Positions 60,791 to 64,000 of a stretch of 64,000 nt of DNA are shown here, piece after piece. The notes beneath the pieces were generated by a model. It saw only the letters and a program-made list of their open reading frames with translations, was not told the origin of the DNA and did not search any database. Both the position numbers and the translations under genes were made by a program. The stretch is from Felis catus. Taxonomy: Eukaryota. The first letter of the stretch is position 1; each line of letters opens with the position of its first letter. The stretch spans positions 236,284,001 through 236,348,000 of the forward strand of contig NC_058368.1 in assembly GCF_018350175.1 (NCBI RefSeq), in the 5' to 3' direction.

Positions 60791-61569
60791 CACCGAATAT
60801 TTTTAAATGCAGTATTATGTAACTGACGCTTGTCATCAGTTTACTACAACCCGCTGTCGAAGAAACGGATCATCAAGTGAAGAGCGTGGCCTGTTACTGA
60901 TGTTTCTTGGATTTCAACAACCACCACAATCACAGACTTGAGATCATTGTACGTTTCAAAGCGAACTTTCCTCACGATGATACTTAAATGTTGCTGACCA
61001 TAGAGGTCTGACCCAGGATGCCCTCCTCCCAGGGCTAACTCTTTCCTTCCCTCCCAGGGAAGGTTAGCCTCTGCCCATCCCAACCCCACCTGGGCCCCAG
61101 GCCCCGGGCGAATGGGGGGGAGGAAGAGGGGAGGGGCTGGTGCTTTTCATCTCCCGGATACACTTCCTGACTGGATCCTGAAAAGTTCTCTGCAAGTGTG
61201 TTGGATAAACTATATTGTAGAATTAATTAGTTCATCAAGAACATTAATTACACGTAGCCTTTAACACCTCAGGTTATCAAATGGCAGCCGGCACCAGCCC
61301 TGTGGCCTGGCACAGGCAAAGGGGATGGTGATCGGGGATTCCGAGTGACAGGAAGGGAGGAAATGGGTGGGGGCAGTAGAAATGACTGGCCGTCCGCACT
61401 GCGCGTGTGTGGCAGTTGGCATTGCACCGCGTGTGCTCTTCAGCCTGGCTGGGCTTCCATTACTCACCTCAAGGGACACAGAGACAGCAGTGTGGGGCTG
61501 AACACAGGCTGATGGGTGAAGACACAGTGGGGAAAATAATAAAATAATAAAATAAAACTGCTTTATAAA

Positions 61570-61956
61570 GCAAAGAAAGGGAGGAAAGCAAAGAAAGCAA
61601 AGAAAGAAAGAGAAAGGGAAGGAAGGAAGGAAGGAAGGAAGAAGGAAGGAAGGAAGGAAGGAAGGAAGGAAGGAAGGAAGGAGGAAGGAAGGAAGGAAGG
61701 AAGGAGGAAGGAAGGAAGGAAGGAAGGAAGGAAGGAAGGAAGGAAGGAGGAAGGAAGGAAGGAAGGAAGGAGGAAGGAAAGAAGGAAGGAGGGAAGGAAG
61801 GAAGGAAGGAGGGAAGGAAGGAAGGAAGGAAGGAAGGAGGGAGAGAAAGAAGGAAGGAAGGAGGGAAGCGGGTAAGGAAGGAGGGAAAGAAGGAAGGAAG
61901 GAAGGAAGGAAGGAAGGAAGGAAGGAAAGGGGAGGGAGAGAGGAGAGGAAAAAAAT
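61570..61956. repeat. long (GGAA)n polypurine microsatellite
   Basis: about 380 bp; only G and A from about 61599 to 61868. Confidence 0.98.
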
Positions 61957-62664
61957 AACAAAAATTGGAAAATACAAGGGAAGGTTGATATAGAGAACAG
62001 TGGCCATTCTGGCCACCCCGCCTCTTTAGCAGGGGTCTTGGGCCATATCCGGGAAAGCCTCTGGGGAGGGGTGCGTGGGTGTGGGCAGTGGAGCATCTCA
62101 TCAGAAGTGGTGATGTTCCGCTCTTGTTTCTGGAGGAACTTCCTCCCAGAAGTGGCAAGCTCCCTTTTCTAAGACACTTCCTTTCCTGCTGCATAGTGAG
62201 GTCATTTCCGCTTGGATGAAACCGCTCAATGTTTCCTCTTTCAAGAGGCAGAAGTAATCTGTCGAAAGACATGAGGTAGCAATGGGGCGATGCGAGTGAG
62301 CGTTGCCACCCGGCAGGGCTAGTGGGGCTGGGTCCTCAGGAGGTCAGACCAGACCCTGGAGGCGGCATGCGTGTTTCGGGGGGTCCTGGCGCGGAAGTTG
62401 TATATAGGAACCCACCTGCCCTGAAGATCAGAAAGGACTGTGTGGACGTGGGCGCAGTGCCCGAGGGTCGTGTACTTAGCATACGTGTGTACGTGCCGCT
62501 TGTGAAGGACGCGGGACAGAAAGCTGACTTTGTACCAACGTCCAACGCCACAGGTCACACTGGTTACAACGCTGCTCGGGCATCACACATCGGCATTGAA
62601 CGTGCGAATCATATGACGCTGCTCAGCCTGGGAGAGAGCGCTGTCTGGCAGCTTGGGGTTTGAG

Positions 62665-63398
62665 GCAACGCAGACTGGGGCAGCCGCTCTGGCAAACAGA
62701 ACGGAGCTTCCTCAGAGAGTTAAAAATAGAACTACCCTACGACCCAGCCGTCGCTCTGCTGGGTATTCGCCCAAGGATTGCAAGAACGCCGATGCAAAGA
62801 GATTCGCACACCTCGCTGTTCATGGCGTTTTTTACAATAGCAGGATTTGCAAGCAGCCCGGGTGCCCGCCTGCGGACGAATGGATGAAGAGGATGGGGCG
62901 CGTACGTCTGTTACTCGGCGGGAAAATAGAAAGTGAGACCTGCCATCTGCAACAACATGGGTGGACCTAGAGTGTGTCATGCTAAGTGAGATAAGTCACA
63001 CCGAGAAAGACGGATCCCGCGTGATCTCACTCGTAGGTGGAATCCAAAGCAACAAAACAAAGGACAAAAGCAGAAAGGGACTCCTAAACACAGGACTGAG
63101 GGTTGCCCGAGGGGAGGGGAGGGGAGAGGGAGGGGCAAAGTGGGTGAAGGGGGCTTCCAGCTACAGGATGAGTAAGTGGCAGGAATAAAAGGCACAGCAC
63201 GGGGAACGTGGGCAATGGTGTCGTGCCGTGCGGGGACGTAGCTGCCCTCGCTGTGAGCCCAGCATCGCAGAGAGGCTTGCTGAATCCGTATATTGTGCAC
63301 CTGAAACTCATGCACCATTGAGGCCAACTCTATCTCAATTAAAACATAATAAAATCACCCTCAAAAATTAATTCCATTAAATTAAAAAAAAAAAAAAG
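62665..63398 (+). mobile_element. 5'-truncated L1 3' end (L1MA/L1_Carn-like), GC-shifted
   Basis: ttaaaaatagaactaccctacgacccagc, tgcaacaacatgggtggacctagag, atgctaagtgagataagtca, gcacctgaaactcat, poly-A tail. Confidence 0.9.
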
Positions 63399-64000
63399 AC
63401 GAGAAACGGTTTTAAACTGGACACTGCCCAGCGTTGACACGACGACCTCCACGCAGGAGATAGAGGCTTCCGTTTCTGACTTTACGTGTGTGGCCTGCAG
63501 GGGGCGGTGCGGCTGTGGACCAGTGTCCAGGAGACCGGCTCTCCTGCCCCATCATTGGCTCCAGCCTGGCATCAGGTGCTGCCTTTGAACCTCGCCCACC
63601 AGTAACTGCGAAGATATTGGACAAAGTGCCTCCAGCAGGCAGCACAACCGTCTGAAGAGAGGCCAGGAGACTCGCTTATGTAGCAAATGCACCATCCACC
63701 TGTGTGGGTCTCCCGCAGGAGGAGGGGTGCGGGTCGGCTGCATCATGGGGTCCAAACCCTAAAGGCCACCGTCGGAGCGTCGGGGGGACATGTTTTCAGG
63801 TGCTGCTTGCAGAAGTCACCTCACTTTCAAGGCTATTAGGGCATTTAGAAATATTGATCACTGTGATCGTACGAAGACCAATGAAGTTTCAAGTTTGCCA
63901 TGATTTATTCACGTGGTTAATGTTTTTCCTTCCCATAATACAGCTTCTTAAAAAAAAAAAATACGCCATTTCCTTTTCTTTCTCTGCCCTCCCTCCTCCT

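Noticed and set aside
61261..62272. Long minus-strand ORFs (251, 267 and 177 aa)
   Set aside because: Translations of the (TTCC)n microsatellite (PSFL repeats); stop-free only because of low complexity.

Overview
Mammalian genomic DNA, almost certainly from a cat-family (Felidae/feliform) genome: it carries about 22 tRNA-derived Can-SINEs, several with the feliform SINEC_Fc-type 'gctcagagcctggagcctgcttcggattc' segment. I cannot support any protein-coding gene, tRNA, rRNA or CRISPR array. The long ORFs in the track come from repeats, microsatellites or GC-rich DNA. The window looks like intergenic or deep-intronic sequence containing SINEs, truncated L1s, MLT1 (MaLR) solo LTRs, MER20/MER58 DNA transposons, MIR relics, microsatellites and two orphan CpG-island-like patches. 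It also holds several AT-rich, homeodomain-motif-dense unique blocks that resemble developmental enhancers. The most notable signals are (1) a strong AT->GC substitution skew in an L1 relic, suggesting GC-biased gene conversion, (2) candidate conserved enhancers inside a SINE-poor zone, (3) serial or nested SINE insertions at the same target sites, and (4) an essentially perfect 105-bp tandem duplication. I found no new biological system. Repeat family names come from recalled consensus sequences, and boundaries are approximate.
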